This document shows positions 24,151 through 34,918 of a DNA stretch of 64,000 bases, in pieces. Below the pieces are notes generated by a model, which worked only from the letters and a program-made list of their open reading frames with translations, made no database searches and was not told the DNA's origin. Positions within the stretch are counted from its first letter, which is position 1. Every line of letters begins with the position of its first letter. The stretch is taken from IMG/VR virus record IMGVR_UViG_3300028676_000005, positions 1 to 64,000 of that record, one strand, 5' to 3'. The position numbers and the translations under genes are program-made.

Positions 24151-25872
24151 TTAAAGGGTTACAACAATACCAGTTGCAGCAAGCTGCAACTCATTACCCT
24201 GACCATCGCGGGAGACCCAATTCATGAACCAGGTTTTGCCTGGCTGTAGCGAAACAGGAATCGGAAGATTCTTATTCCAGTCATTAATCGAGAACAACCA
24301 CTTACGCCCATCTTCATGCATCAGATAGAAGTGCGTTGGGTCAGGGGCCTTCTCCTCGTTCCAAGTAGCGAAACTAGGGTAGACACCGCGATACAACCCA
24401 GCAAGCCATGCAGCCTGGTCAAGGAAGCCGTTAGTTACAGTAGCAACAGATGCGGACCCGTTGTTACTGACAACTTTCAGATTCAAGGCCTGGTAGGTCG
24501 GCTTGTTGAATACAAAGCTCACATCAAACTTCTTACCTGCTGTGTTAATGTCTCGATACAACGAGATATCAACGTGCTGGATAAACGTAGCGCTCACGTA
24601 AGTAGGAGCCACGTCACGCAAGTTAAGGTTGAAGATCATGCTCTGCGTAATGCCGTACCCACTTGGACGCCATGCAGGGCTGTTATCGTTGAATGTAACA
24701 AATGCAGACACATCGACAAAGGTCTTACGATCCAAGTCGTACATGAAGTGCTGCAAGCGATAACCAGCCAGGCTAGCATCCCATTGAGGATACGTGTACA
24801 GACGTGGGCTGTACGCCCCATCTTGATCACCAGCTTCAAGAGTGTAGATCTTGCGCTCAAACAACGGGTTGCCAGGGCGACTGATGTAGAACTGCTCGTT
24901 TACACCCAACTGATAGACAAGCACAATCTCGCTCGTCTGGCCAGGCCAGGTTGGTCGATGCTCGTTGACACCTTCCAGACGGAACTTGCCACCGTTAACA
25001 GGTAACAGACCAGAGGTAGATCCATCGCTGTAAAGAACCTCCGCACGCAATTCCAAACTCAACAGGTTAACGTTGATAGGTACGACGACCTTGTCTGGGT
25101 TGTTGCTGTTGGAGAACCAAGGTGAAACCAAACGAATGGTGTCAATGTACTTGGTACCAATGCGGTGATCCTTCATGTAGGCCGAATGTTGAGTGCGCAC
25201 AATCTGACCAGGAGGAATGAAGTTACCACCCTGATCGTAGAACGCCAAGAAGCACTGGCTACCGTTAGGCAACGACTGTTCGTTCTCAGTAACACTGAAA
25301 GGACCAGTGGTCATGATCTCGAGGTTAGTGCGGTCAACGATCTCTGCCAAACGAGTCGGTACTTCGTTGTTCTGCTTAACGCCACCTTGGTCATAAACAG
25401 CCGAGATAACGTTACCCAGATTACTAGGGCCAGGTCCACGGAACAACAGAGCGTATGCCGCACCAGGTCGCATGATTGTCGCATCAACACGAGCAACGTT
25501 TGGACGAACACTGAAGTCAACAGACAACAGCGCCTCGCCAATCATTGGGCCACCCTTCATACCAAACAACCAGTCCTGATCGATAACGTTCTCGTCAGTA
25601 GGGTTATTCAACGACCAGGGTACGAGAGTAGCTTTGAGGGTACCCTCGTAGTCAACCTTGGTGCAGAGCAACAGATAGCCATTGTTGGTATCGGCAATCA
25701 GCTCGTTCTCAAATGGAACAACATATTTATCTTTTTCAGACACCGGGTGGACGTCAGGGTCGTAGACGTCCTCCAGGTACAAGAGTGTGCGTCGCTCCCC
25801 ACGGTTACGTTGAGACGGCGCAACCCCGGCTACAGCATTTACAGCCGAGCTTTTGGGTACGTTATCGAACAT
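24151..25872 (-). CDS. Virion structural protein (phiKZ gp26-position)
   Basis: 573 aa, beta-rich; conserved position between terL and the sheath. Confidence 0.7.
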   Translation of the reverse strand: MFDNVPKSSAVNAVAGVAPSQRNRGERRTLLYLEDVYDPDVHPVSEKDKYVVPFENELIADTNNGYLLLCTKVDYEGTLKATLVPWSLNNPTDENVIDQDWLFGMKGGPMIGEALLSVDFSVRPNVARVDATIMRPGAAYALLFRGPGPSNLGNVISAVYDQGGVKQNNEVPTRLAEIVDRTNLEIMTTGPFSVTENEQSLPNGSQCFLAFYDQGGNFIPPGQIVRTQHSAYMKDHRIGTKYIDTIRLVSPWFSNSNNPDKVVVPINVNLLSLELRAEVLYSDGSTSGLLPVNGGKFRLEGVNEHRPTWPGQTSEIVLVYQLGVNEQFYISRPGNPLFERKIYTLEAGDQDGAYSPRLYTYPQWDASLAGYRLQHFMYDLDRKTFVDVSAFVTFNDNSPAWRPSGYGITQSMIFNLNLRDVAPTYVSATFIQHVDISLYRDINTAGKKFDVSFVFNKPTYQALNLKVVSNNGSASVATVTNGFLDQAAWLAGLYRGVYPSFATWNEEKAPDPTHFYLMHEDGRKWLFSINDWNKNLPIPVSLQPGKTWFMNWVSRDGQGNELQLAATGIVVTL

Positions 25873-28540
25873 TAGCGTTCACCTCATAATGTCCTTCAAT
25901 GGAACAAACCGAATTCAAGAAGAGGTCATTGACTTTCTTGATAAAGATAAATTCCCGAGGGGTTACAGTTGGAATGTTAAAGTTTGCGTACGGCATGATC
26001 GCAAAGTAACGACGATCATAATTGAGAATGACCGGGTCAAACTCAAGCCACCAGATATAGTTCTTAACCAGGTCCCGTACTTGCTGGTCGCTAAAGGTAG
26101 TTTCATCTTCGTTAAACTCAGGAAGTTCAATAAACCGATTAAGGATACCGTTGGTGATCACACTTAGGAAAGGACTAAACACCCGGTACTTGTCCTGCAA
26201 TGTAGGAACCGCAGGGTTACCGCTGCCAATTGGCTGTGTATCGTCACCCTTCTCATAACGGATCTCTTCAGCCAAAGTAGCAGGCTTAGGAAGATTAACG
26301 GTGAGGTAGTCAGAAACACGTTGGTCCATGTCTCGGCTACGCTTGCGCATAGGGAAACTCTGATGGTCCTCAACAAACCGAATAGGGCAGAAACTGTGTT
26401 TAACGCAGTAAGGCAACCCGTTCAAGTCTGTCCACTGATTATCTGGTACCAATCGTTCTGCACGAGGCACTTCATCTGTTAAGTAAAGCGCACCGCCAAT
26501 AACCGTACGAGTAACTCGATCCCCACGCAGGTTGTAACGATTAACGCGGCCAATAACGCCGCCGTCGATGAACCCAAGTTCGGTGTCAGCGTTTGGTCTA
26601 TCCAGATTATCGCTGAAACTATGCGCTCGTAAAGTGATTTCCTGCGCCCCATCAACAATGAACTCCTTGTTGACGATGTAGATGCGTTGTTTCTTCCAGA
26701 TCCAGTCAACCTTTTCGATGAGTGGATGCTTGTTAAGCCACACGTCTACTTCAGCAGGGCTGTACGGGAAGATATGCCCGCCACCTTCATAAATGTCGGT
26801 GAGAGCAAAAGACAAGCTGTGATCAAGGTGATCCAAGCTGAACGTGTAAGCAACGGATTTCTTGTTAGTTACCAAGATCCCACGTTGGTTGACACGGTCT
26901 AAGCCTTTCCAAGCTAATACACCGTTAACGATTGTGTAAACGTCTGTCTTCCCTGTGACGTCGACCCACTCACCTACAGTTTGGTTTAAATCAATATTCC
27001 AGCCGCAGGTGTAAACACGCAGGTCAAAATTACGATCCACCACAGTGTCACGGTTAGTGACTGTAATGTCAAACGACCGACCGTAGGCACCAAGTGTAAA
27101 CTCAACCATGGCACAGTTCTGATAAACAGGTGCGTAGTACTGACTACCTTCAACGTTGTGGTAATCAATGAGCAGCCCTTTGTCGTCGTATTCCCATGCG
27201 GTGTAACCGCCCTGGTAGGTCACAGGAACCTCGACGCCTATCGAACCTACCTCATACTTGACTCTTACTGGAGTCTCGCTCAAAACGCGTGTAGCGGCGT
27301 TGTAACCAACTGCTAAGTTAGCCTTTGGCCGAGTAATGCCATCCCACTGCAAACGAGTGAACGCCATTGAGGAACCTGATTCCAATCCAGGAGCAGTCCA
27401 CTCAGGGATTGTAGACTTATCGCCAGTCATCGCACGAATGATCCCGGTATCGTTAAGACGATAGAGATAACGAATGCGTTGATGTTCATTAGGCCATTGA
27501 TAGACCCAAGACGTTTTGCGCACTAGCACCGTAACGTATACGTCACTTAGCTTGGCCAAGTCAGGATGGTAAGTTGTGGCGTTCTGAATGAACTCATCTG
27601 CCAGAGCCACATCAACATGGGTCAGCTGACGAACAGCAGTAACGTCATTCCGTGGATACAACAAGCCACGTTTGTTCTTACCGGTCAGGTAATAGTCATT
27701 GTCGTCAAAATAACGAACAGTGAAATCACCTTTAACTTTTGGCGGGTGCAATATCAGTTTACGCTTTTTATCCAGATCGGAGTAAAAGTCGAGAAGCTGA
27801 CTGTACTTATATTTCTCGGTACGGATAACAGTTGGATCATGCCAGAACTCGACAATATCACCAGCTGCTAATCCTGGTATTGCATTAGGCGCTCCTTCAA
27901 AGTAAGCACCGTTATGGAATACCCCAGTATACCCAGGCTTGGCTTTCCACTGTTGATACATCGCCATAAAGGCGTTCATATCGATAGACGTGGAATGAAT
28001 CAGTGTTTCGTAAACATAGGGGTTATTAGCATCCAAGCTATTTTCCCATTTGTCCACACCCCCAGTTGAGTTATAGCAACGAAACCACATGTCCTGGGTG
28101 TAAGGTATTGGGTACTGTTGAAACTTCTCAAACGCAATCAGTGTAAGACCGTCGTAGGTTTTCATTACCCACGCGTGACTACGGCTGTACATGGAACCTT
28201 TATCGTTGTAAAGATCCAGCTGCAAACCACGCTTGCGACTCAACCGCCCAATGTTGATCCAGCGATCCAGTGGGTTGCGATTGAGGATCTCGTTATTAAA
28301 GTTCCAAAAACCAGGAGAAAGACCGCCCACACTAAAAATGTGAAAAGCACGTTTCTCTCTTGGCAACGCACGCCAACGGCCCATGTAAGGAAAGTTAACA
28401 GTAACTCCCCCATCCGCAGTTAACCGTACCAGCTTTACTTGGAATTGCCCGTTCTCTTCTGGATTACCCCAAATGTTGCGCTGGGCATACTTCACCAATG
28501 GGGTGTCGTCTGCCAGATTTCTTTGAGCCATACAGATCAC
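25862..28540 (-). CDS. Virion structural protein (phiKZ gp27-position, baseplate/tail-associated)
   Basis: 892-aa ORF; synteny. Confidence 0.7.
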   Translation of the reverse strand: MICMAQRNLADDTPLVKYAQRNIWGNPEENGQFQVKLVRLTADGGVTVNFPYMGRWRALPREKRAFHIFSVGGLSPGFWNFNNEILNRNPLDRWINIGRLSRKRGLQLDLYNDKGSMYSRSHAWVMKTYDGLTLIAFEKFQQYPIPYTQDMWFRCYNSTGGVDKWENSLDANNPYVYETLIHSTSIDMNAFMAMYQQWKAKPGYTGVFHNGAYFEGAPNAIPGLAAGDIVEFWHDPTVIRTEKYKYSQLLDFYSDLDKKRKLILHPPKVKGDFTVRYFDDNDYYLTGKNKRGLLYPRNDVTAVRQLTHVDVALADEFIQNATTYHPDLAKLSDVYVTVLVRKTSWVYQWPNEHQRIRYLYRLNDTGIIRAMTGDKSTIPEWTAPGLESGSSMAFTRLQWDGITRPKANLAVGYNAATRVLSETPVRVKYEVGSIGVEVPVTYQGGYTAWEYDDKGLLIDYHNVEGSQYYAPVYQNCAMVEFTLGAYGRSFDITVTNRDTVVDRNFDLRVYTCGWNIDLNQTVGEWVDVTGKTDVYTIVNGVLAWKGLDRVNQRGILVTNKKSVAYTFSLDHLDHSLSFALTDIYEGGGHIFPYSPAEVDVWLNKHPLIEKVDWIWKKQRIYIVNKEFIVDGAQEITLRAHSFSDNLDRPNADTELGFIDGGVIGRVNRYNLRGDRVTRTVIGGALYLTDEVPRAERLVPDNQWTDLNGLPYCVKHSFCPIRFVEDHQSFPMRKRSRDMDQRVSDYLTVNLPKPATLAEEIRYEKGDDTQPIGSGNPAVPTLQDKYRVFSPFLSVITNGILNRFIELPEFNEDETTFSDQQVRDLVKNYIWWLEFDPVILNYDRRYFAIMPYANFNIPTVTPREFIFIKKVNDLFLNSVCSIEGHYEVNANVR

Positions 28541-29454
28541 CCGTTGAGGTTATAAGCCAGATCAATACCGAGGGTAAACCCTTCCAGCAGTTTCTGGTTG
28601 AATTTAGGATCGAGTTGCAATCCAAGTGGCGTCTTGGCGTAAGCTTTAAATACAACAGCTCCGTAAACAAATGCGGTCATCAGGGTAGGGCATTCACAGG
28701 CAGCCCCAATGATGTGTTTCCCAAGAGCTGCGTAAGTAATGCTACCAATGACGTGCAAGAAATCTTTAAAGCTGAGATGCTTTAACTTGTAAAGTGTGGG
28801 GTTAGAAATGATAGCTTTGTGTAAAGCAATCAAATCAGTAAGCGGTTCGTCTACTTGCTCCAGAACCGTTACGATGTAACCTTTATCAGTTCCGTAGATG
28901 TTACGGAGGACATTGATAGTGACAAGCTCTACATCACTGCCAATGGGCTCTTCCAAACCAATGAAGTAGTGGGCCAAAAGGACCTTCAGTGTAAGTGCCT
29001 CATCACTAACCATTTGACTGCGACCAATCATGTTGTTCGAACCGAGGCTTGCCCGGTTTACCAACAGGTTACCGATCGAATCAGCAAAGGCTTTAGTAGT
29101 AACGTTACGGGCTTGCTTCAATGGAGTGAGCTTACCCGTTGCGACGTCCTGTTGTAAAAAGGCCGCTAGCCGCATGATGACCATCTCATTAGCGTTGGTC
29201 ACTTGATTGTTGTTTTGATTCCGATACGGCCGTTCGTCGTAAACGGTGATTGTCTTGCGGTTGTAAGCTTGCAAGGTAATTGGAAAACCGAATACTTCGA
29301 TGGGAAGCTTGTTTTCGTGGGTAAGAACAAATACTCCCTCTTTTTTAGATGGAGTAAGACTCTGACTAAGGTGAAGCGCTTGAATGGTTGCCTCCACCTT
29401 GTTAGCCACACGGAATGGCTTACCAACCGTGGTGCTGTATGCGTCGATTTGCAT
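28537..29454 (-). CDS. Conserved virion-block protein (gp28-position)
   Basis: 305-aa ORF with GAGG RBS, divergent from the sheath gene. Confidence 0.7.
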   Translation of the reverse strand: MQIDAYSTTVGKPFRVANKVEATIQALHLSQSLTPSKKEGVFVLTHENKLPIEVFGFPITLQAYNRKTITVYDERPYRNQNNNQVTNANEMVIMRLAAFLQQDVATGKLTPLKQARNVTTKAFADSIGNLLVNRASLGSNNMIGRSQMVSDEALTLKVLLAHYFIGLEEPIGSDVELVTINVLRNIYGTDKGYIVTVLEQVDEPLTDLIALHKAIISNPTLYKLKHLSFKDFLHVIGSITYAALGKHIIGAACECPTLMTAFVYGAVVFKAYAKTPLGLQLDPKFNQKLLEGFTLGIDLAYNLNG

Positions 29455-29474
29455 CGGTGACCTCGCAGAAATAA

Positions 29475-29483
29475 TATGTTATG
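29475..29483 (+). promoter_or_regulatory. Candidate late promoter (TATGTTATG) for the sheath/tube operon
   Basis: TATG core in the divergent intergenic gap; resembles the TATGTTAT start of the 14-bp repeat. Confidence 0.45.
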
Positions 29484-29570
29484 TGCCAGTGGTAAAAGAA
29501 CACTGAATTGCCATATAGGCTTGCATACGATTGTTTTAGGACCACCCCTTCAAACATTAACGAGGTTCAC

Positions 29571-31748
29571 ATGACTTCAGTTACTAGCATTGTTGCGGGG
29601 AAGGTAGAAAATCGGGGGATCAATGACGTATCGATTCCCGAGTACACACCTGCCCGGACAACTCGTCCACTTCACTCACCGGTCATCCATGGGGTCTTTC
29701 CAAAAGGTCAGCTCGCGGATGAGAACGGTATTGTCTGGGTAAACACCAGCCAAGTTAGTGCAGTGTTCGGTAGCGAAATTTTCGATCCGCTTTCCCCTTA
29801 CTACAACCCGACTTCCGTTCTCTTGCAGCGTTTGCAAGCCGGTGGTCAGGCTACTGTCGGTATTCGTCGTCTGTCTGCTAACAAAGTAGTGGCTACCACT
29901 CCAATGTCGGCGTTCGTGCAACGTGTTACCGTTCAGGATTATAAACGCGATGCGACTGGTCAGTTCCTCCGTGACGAAACCGGCGAACTCGTTCCAAATG
30001 ACGGTGTCACCTTCAGTGGTGTAAACATCGTTATCAAGATCGACCCAACTGGCGTTGGTAAAGGTCCAGGTGTTCTGAAGCGTCGCACCATTGCTGGCAC
30101 CCCAGCTGATGGCGCCACCCCAGCAGTTCCGGATACCGAAGTATTCCCTCTGTGGGACGGCATCGCTGGTGTAGGTGATTTCTACAACCGTGGCGGTATG
30201 AACTTCGGCGTTGCGCCAAACAGCTTCTCCTTTGGCGAAGTTGCGGCGTTCGTAAAAGACACCGGTGCTTTCCCGTTCAGCCTGCGTACCTTCACCGATA
30301 CCGACACTGGTCGTCGTGTAAACATGAAGACTCAAGCCGGCCGTGAAGTTGTTGAAGTCACCCTGTTTGACGTTACCAGTAATGCTGGTGTTCGTTACGG
30401 TCTGAAACGCGCCTTTGGCGAATTCACTGGCACCAATGCCAACCGTAAAGTGGTGCCGATCCCGGCTCCATACTCGGGTGTTCACGTTTATTCCGAATCG
30501 ATTGCTTCCCTCTGCCAAGCGCTGTATGCGATTGAAAAACCGCACAACACCGGCTTGCTGGAGACCAACAAGCTTCCGTATCGTCAAATGAACCCGTTCA
30601 CCTGTGTGAACCACAACAACGTACCGTACTTCGCTATCACTACCGAAGACACCATCAACTGGGACATGACTGCTGCTGTTAAAGTAAGCGGTGGTATCTC
30701 CCCGTTCTTCACGGCTGAAGGCAAACTGCCGGACTTCGTTACCCCGACTGAATTGGATGACCCGTTCGGTGTGTTGGTTGACTACAAGGCTCCGGTTAGC
30801 GTTCAAGAAGCCTGGGATGTAAACAACGGTCTGATCGCTGCTGACATGGAAACTTACGTGACCAGCATCGAACAAGCGAACGTTGTTCGTAACCGTCAGT
30901 CCGTGTTCTGGGACATCGGTTACTCGCAGGACGTTAAAGAACAAGCCATCCGACTCCTGGGTGCTCGTAAGGATATCATCGTGATTCCTTGCACCACCAT
31001 CTGGACTCCTGGCAAGTTCAACAACGTTCAGCAAATGTACGCGCGTGCTTCGCAGCTGAACAACCAAATGCGCATGTTCCCGGAATCTGATTTCTGGGGC
31101 ACTCCGTCCACTCGCGGTTCGATCAACCTGATCGAAGCTTTTGCGATCGACGAAGCAACTGGTAGCCCGTTCTCCGGTAACGTTGACCTGGCTTACGCGT
31201 TTGCACTGTTTGCTGGTAACGCAGCTGGTATGATCGTCCCGTCGGCTTCGCCTTCGCATGGCGACAACCGTATCCTGCGCACCATGCACAGCCCGAGCAT
31301 CGAATTCGAAGAAGACGTTCAGTCTGCTGAGAACTTCACTCGTGGTTGCATTACGCTGCGTCCGTACGACACCACCGATCAACTGTTCCGCCCTGCTCTG
31401 GTAACGATCAACCCTAACGTTGACTCCGTGATCAAAGACCTGGTAACGGCCTTCCTGTGCGTATGCGCTGAGAAGATCTCCCAGGATGAGTGGAACCGCG
31501 TTTGTGGTGACACCAACTACACCGCTGCCAACTACGTTGCTGTCTACAAAGATGGTTGCGAACGTCAGCTGCGTGACCGTCTGGGTTCCCTGGTACGTAA
31601 CATCACTGTTACCCCAAGCTATCTCGAAGGTGTTGTTGGTTCCAAGGCCGTGATGCAAGTTCGCATTGATGCTTACTTCAACAAGGCTAAATACCAAATG
31701 ACTCTCGACCTCTTCGCTCACAACGAAGAAGAGTTGAACAACGCCTAA
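29571..31748 (+). CDS. Contractile tail sheath protein
   Basis: ~725 aa from the ATG at 29571 (GAGG RBS). Sheath-like C-terminal WDIGYSQDVK...R.D motif, strong codon bias, followed by a ~300-aa tube gene as in phiKZ gp29/gp30. Confidence 0.85.
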   Translation: MTSVTSIVAGKVENRGINDVSIPEYTPARTTRPLHSPVIHGVFPKGQLADENGIVWVNTSQVSAVFGSEIFDPLSPYYNPTSVLLQRLQAGGQATVGIRRLSANKVVATTPMSAFVQRVTVQDYKRDATGQFLRDETGELVPNDGVTFSGVNIVIKIDPTGVGKGPGVLKRRTIAGTPADGATPAVPDTEVFPLWDGIAGVGDFYNRGGMNFGVAPNSFSFGEVAAFVKDTGAFPFSLRTFTDTDTGRRVNMKTQAGREVVEVTLFDVTSNAGVRYGLKRAFGEFTGTNANRKVVPIPAPYSGVHVYSESIASLCQALYAIEKPHNTGLLETNKLPYRQMNPFTCVNHNNVPYFAITTEDTINWDMTAAVKVSGGISPFFTAEGKLPDFVTPTELDDPFGVLVDYKAPVSVQEAWDVNNGLIAADMETYVTSIEQANVVRNRQSVFWDIGYSQDVKEQAIRLLGARKDIIVIPCTTIWTPGKFNNVQQMYARASQLNNQMRMFPESDFWGTPSTRGSINLIEAFAIDEATGSPFSGNVDLAYAFALFAGNAAGMIVPSASPSHGDNRILRTMHSPSIEFEEDVQSAENFTRGCITLRPYDTTDQLFRPALVTINPNVDSVIKDLVTAFLCVCAEKISQDEWNRVCGDTNYTAANYVAVYKDGCERQLRDRLGSLVRNITVTPSYLEGVVGSKAVMQVRIDAYFNKAKYQMTLDLFAHNEEELNNA

Positions 31749-31754
31749 GGAGGA

Positions 31755-32663
31755 GTGACAGCCATGGCTAGTAACACTAACCTGCCGCACCGTACGCCCA
31801 ATACGCTCTTGCCCCAGAGCGATCCGTTTGTCCAGGCAATGGACATTGGCGACCGTCCGGTTATCAACCCAGTCGAAGGTGGGCAATACGGCTGGGCAGG
31901 TAACATCTTCAACTACGTGGGTACTCACCCGCACGTCTCGCAACAGGCATTTTGCGTAGTCCTCAGCACTCCGGCCGCGTTCTCGCGTCTGCCAGCTGGC
32001 GACCAACTGCACTCGCTCTGCAAGTCGTGGTTCGAGAACCGTACCCGTATCTTCGACGGCCTGTCCGACCAAACGCAAATCAGCTACAGCGATATGCGTT
32101 GGACCGGTCACCGTATGGCCATCGCCGTGGGCGCTCAGCGTACTCTCGGTGCTGTAACCCATACCGGTTACGACGTTGAAGGTGAACCCTTCACCAAGAT
32201 GTTCAAGGTGTGGACCTCGTGGCTCGTAATGGACGCCGAGATCCTCAACGCGAAACTGGTGATCTTGGACGATCCAGGAGACATGCTGCTCGACGAGACT
32301 GGCTACTCGGCCATCTACTTCGAACCTACCCGTAACTGGAAAGACGTTGCTCACGCAGCTCTCCTGGTGGGTGGTCAGCCAACTCAGAACGTACAGATCA
32401 CTCTGCGTCGTAACAAAGACGAAGAGAACCAGATCCGTGACATCGCCATGGAAATGACCGGCGTGATCGAGTTCGATACCTACGCGGTAATCGAGATCGC
32501 TCGTCAGATCATGAAGCTGATGCCTTTGTACAACCCTTCGGCGACTACCGCTCCTACTGGCTTCACTCAGCGCACTGCCGCTGTGGAAAACAGCCAAGCT
32601 GGTACCATCGAAAACATGATCGAACAGTCGACCAACATCGACTTCCCTTCGTACATGGGTTAA
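31755..32663 (+). CDS. Tail tube protein
   Basis: 302 aa immediately after the sheath (AGGAGG RBS); size and synteny match gp30. Confidence 0.8.
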   Translation: MTAMASNTNLPHRTPNTLLPQSDPFVQAMDIGDRPVINPVEGGQYGWAGNIFNYVGTHPHVSQQAFCVVLSTPAAFSRLPAGDQLHSLCKSWFENRTRIFDGLSDQTQISYSDMRWTGHRMAIAVGAQRTLGAVTHTGYDVEGEPFTKMFKVWTSWLVMDAEILNAKLVILDDPGDMLLDETGYSAIYFEPTRNWKDVAHAALLVGGQPTQNVQITLRRNKDEENQIRDIAMEMTGVIEFDTYAVIEIARQIMKLMPLYNPSATTAPTGFTQRTAAVENSQAGTIENMIEQSTNIDFPSYMG

Positions 32664-32681
32664 GCAAAAAAAGACACACTA

Positions 32682-32717
32682 CCTAGTACTCTCAGCCTTG
32701 CGGCTGAGAGTACTAGG
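32682..32717. terminator. Bidirectional terminator hairpin
   Basis: Perfect 16-bp stem CCTAGTACTCTCAGCC / GGCTGAGAGTACTAGG. Confidence 0.85.
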
Positions 32718-32729
32718 GGTATGTTTGCA

Positions 32730-33170
32730 TCAAACTACAAGCTGCCGACTGTCACTATCGTCAAACGTGTAAATCTTCCCGCTGATCGATATCAACGCAT
32801 CGTTCTTAAGGTTGATCACTTGGTTGAAGATAGGAACGTCTTTACAGTGAGATGTTCCTGGTTTTATTGACTTGCAGTATTCCTGAAGGTAGTCGCACAT
32901 GTCTCGCAAGGTATAGTGACCGGGAAACCTGCACTCCCAACCATTTACACCAACAGTAAAGCGAGGTGCAAACAACGACGAATCACGGATCATAAGAACC
33001 CGTCCCGCGTAGACACCCAGAGTGTACTTGAAGCTAAAGCCATCTTCGGTCTCAGCCATGTTGTATTTGAACGAGCGACGCTCAAGCAACCTGACTAAAA
33101 CTAAAAAGAGCACATAGGCCCAAAGTATCCACGCTAAAACTGTTAAGCCGGTATCGACCATAATGATCAC
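32730..33170 (-). CDS. Hypothetical protein with an N-terminal transmembrane helix
   Basis: 146 aa; hydrophobic residues ~8-27. Confidence 0.7.
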   Translation of the reverse strand: MIIMVDTGLTVLAWILWAYVLFLVLVRLLERRSFKYNMAETEDGFSFKYTLGVYAGRVLMIRDSSLFAPRFTVGVNGWECRFPGHYTLRDMCDYLQEYCKSIKPGTSHCKDVPIFNQVINLKNDALISISGKIYTFDDSDSRQLVV

Positions 33171-33904
33171 CTGGAATATATACGTTTATAGTTTTGAGTA
33201 AGGGTCTCCCTAATTCCTGGGGTGCCCATCACCATGTTTTGAAATGCGTTAATTTCAAACCGGAAGTGTTTCTTGGTAGCAGGAGTTATTGTCTGCCAAG
33301 CAAACCCTTCTGGTCCGTAAGAACGCTCCAGTTCAATCACGACATTTTCATGCCACTTGCCCGTACTGCCACCCTCATTCGGATCAGCATTAGCCGTAGG
33401 GTGTTCTCGGACATAGTTTACAACGACACTAGCAAGGTCGCGGTAGACCACATCAGCTAGCATAGCAACCTCACCTACCAACAGAACAAATGACCCGTCC
33501 ACGCCGCGTCTGAACCGTTCCCTGTTATATCGAAGACAGTAGGAAATGGTTTTGATCTCATCATCAGTAAAGAACCCTGGGATTACCTTATTGATGAATG
33601 AAATACCAAACGCCACAGATCCTTCTCTTCGGTCTACTCCTATAAATTTGCGACCAGTCTCTAACAACATTACCGCGGTAAGAAGAACACCGGTATCAGA
33701 AGCCGATAAATTGTGAGCTTCTGCTACGCGTTTACCAGTTGCAACAGCTCGTTGTAACCATTCAGTATCAAATCCTTTTGGGTTGTCCCGCATGTGCTGA
33801 AAGACACCCACAATGAAGTCTAGTGGTAAATACCCCTCCACAGCAATAAGGATATCCTTGAATACTTCTAGCTCTCTTACTTCATGTGGCCTGAATCGAT
33901 TCAT
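33167..33904 (-). CDS. Degenerate HD-domain-like protein
   Basis: 245 aa; LLTAVMLLETGR resembles the AALLHDxG helix but lacks H-D. Confidence 0.5.
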   Translation of the reverse strand: MNRFRPHEVRELEVFKDILIAVEGYLPLDFIVGVFQHMRDNPKGFDTEWLQRAVATGKRVAEAHNLSASDTGVLLTAVMLLETGRKFIGVDRREGSVAFGISFINKVIPGFFTDDEIKTISYCLRYNRERFRRGVDGSFVLLVGEVAMLADVVYRDLASVVVNYVREHPTANADPNEGGSTGKWHENVVIELERSYGPEGFAWQTITPATKKHFRFEINAFQNMVMGTPGIRETLTQNYKRIYSR

Positions 33905-33970
33905 AACGTTTATTCCTAAACAAATAAATTTGTTCCCCCTAGAAAATTGAAAAACAAAAGTTTAAGTAAC

Positions 33971-34000
33971 TACTAACCCTCCCGCAAGGGAGGGTTAGTA
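33971..34000 (-). terminator. Terminator hairpin
   Basis: 13-bp perfect stem TACTAACCCTCCC / GGGAGGGTTAGTA. Confidence 0.75.
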
Positions 34001-34020
34001 ACGGTTATTGACGGAGTGAA

Positions 34021-34848
34021 TTAATACAGATTAGGCTTTGGTTGGTTAGGCATGGCGCCAAAGATCTCAGCCAAGGTAACACCGTTCAGCACCCCAGGAA
34101 AAAGATTGTTTCCCATCAAGCGATTAACACCTTGGAATGCGCCGTTTTGTCGAAGAGAGAACCGCACCGCCAGCGGCGACGTGACATTGACGTAGATTTG
34201 AAAATGGTTATGGCCAAGTTGCTTTTGACCAAGGATGTTGGCCTCAGCGCGAACAAGTTCTTCAACTTGTCCGGTCGTAACCGTTTTATCACCAAATTTG
34301 TTTTTCAGCCAGTCCGGGTTAACCGAGTAAACACCAAATACAGCATCGCGCTGCTCTTCGGACAGGAAAGGAATTGTGGCCGGTTTGGCGGGCGTCTTTT
34401 TGATGTGATTATTGTGGATGTAGGACGATTGCAGTTCAACAAGCGCGGTGAGTTCGCCTACTTGGGCACGGAGTGCTTTGATTACAGCCTCGTCGTCAAT
34501 CTTGACGTGATTGGTCTTCAGTGCCTTGTTTTCACTGACCACCAGCTCAACTTCATGACGGGCTTCTTTCAAAACGCTTACGATTTCTTTACGGTTACTT
34601 GCTGATAACCGCGTTTGTGTGCTGAGCAAATCAAGAACGAAATCCAGTCCCGGTACAATGGTATTTGGAGACTGCGCAACTTTTACTTCACGCTCTTGGT
34701 TAATCAAATTGATAACGTTGTCAAGCAGTTCCAACAGGCTAGCGGACTGACTTTTGTCAACCGGCAATGAACCATCAGCAATAATCATCTTAAGACCGGT
34801 CAAAATACGTACTGGTTCTTGAGATGGCTTAAACATATCAGCGAGCAT
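34021..34848 (-). CDS. Hypothetical protein with a coiled-coil
   Basis: 275-aa ORF with GGAG RBS. Confidence 0.75.
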   Translation of the reverse strand: MLADMFKPSQEPVRILTGLKMIIADGSLPVDKSQSASLLELLDNVINLINQEREVKVAQSPNTIVPGLDFVLDLLSTQTRLSASNRKEIVSVLKEARHEVELVVSENKALKTNHVKIDDEAVIKALRAQVGELTALVELQSSYIHNNHIKKTPAKPATIPFLSEEQRDAVFGVYSVNPDWLKNKFGDKTVTTGQVEELVRAEANILGQKQLGHNHFQIYVNVTSPLAVRFSLRQNGAFQGVNRLMGNNLFPGVLNGVTLAEIFGAMPNQPKPNLY

Positions 34849-34918
34849 AACTTTTCTCCAAAAAATAAAGCCCAGGTAGTTACCCAGGCTATTTGTTAAA
34901 TAAGCACAACGAGTAAGA

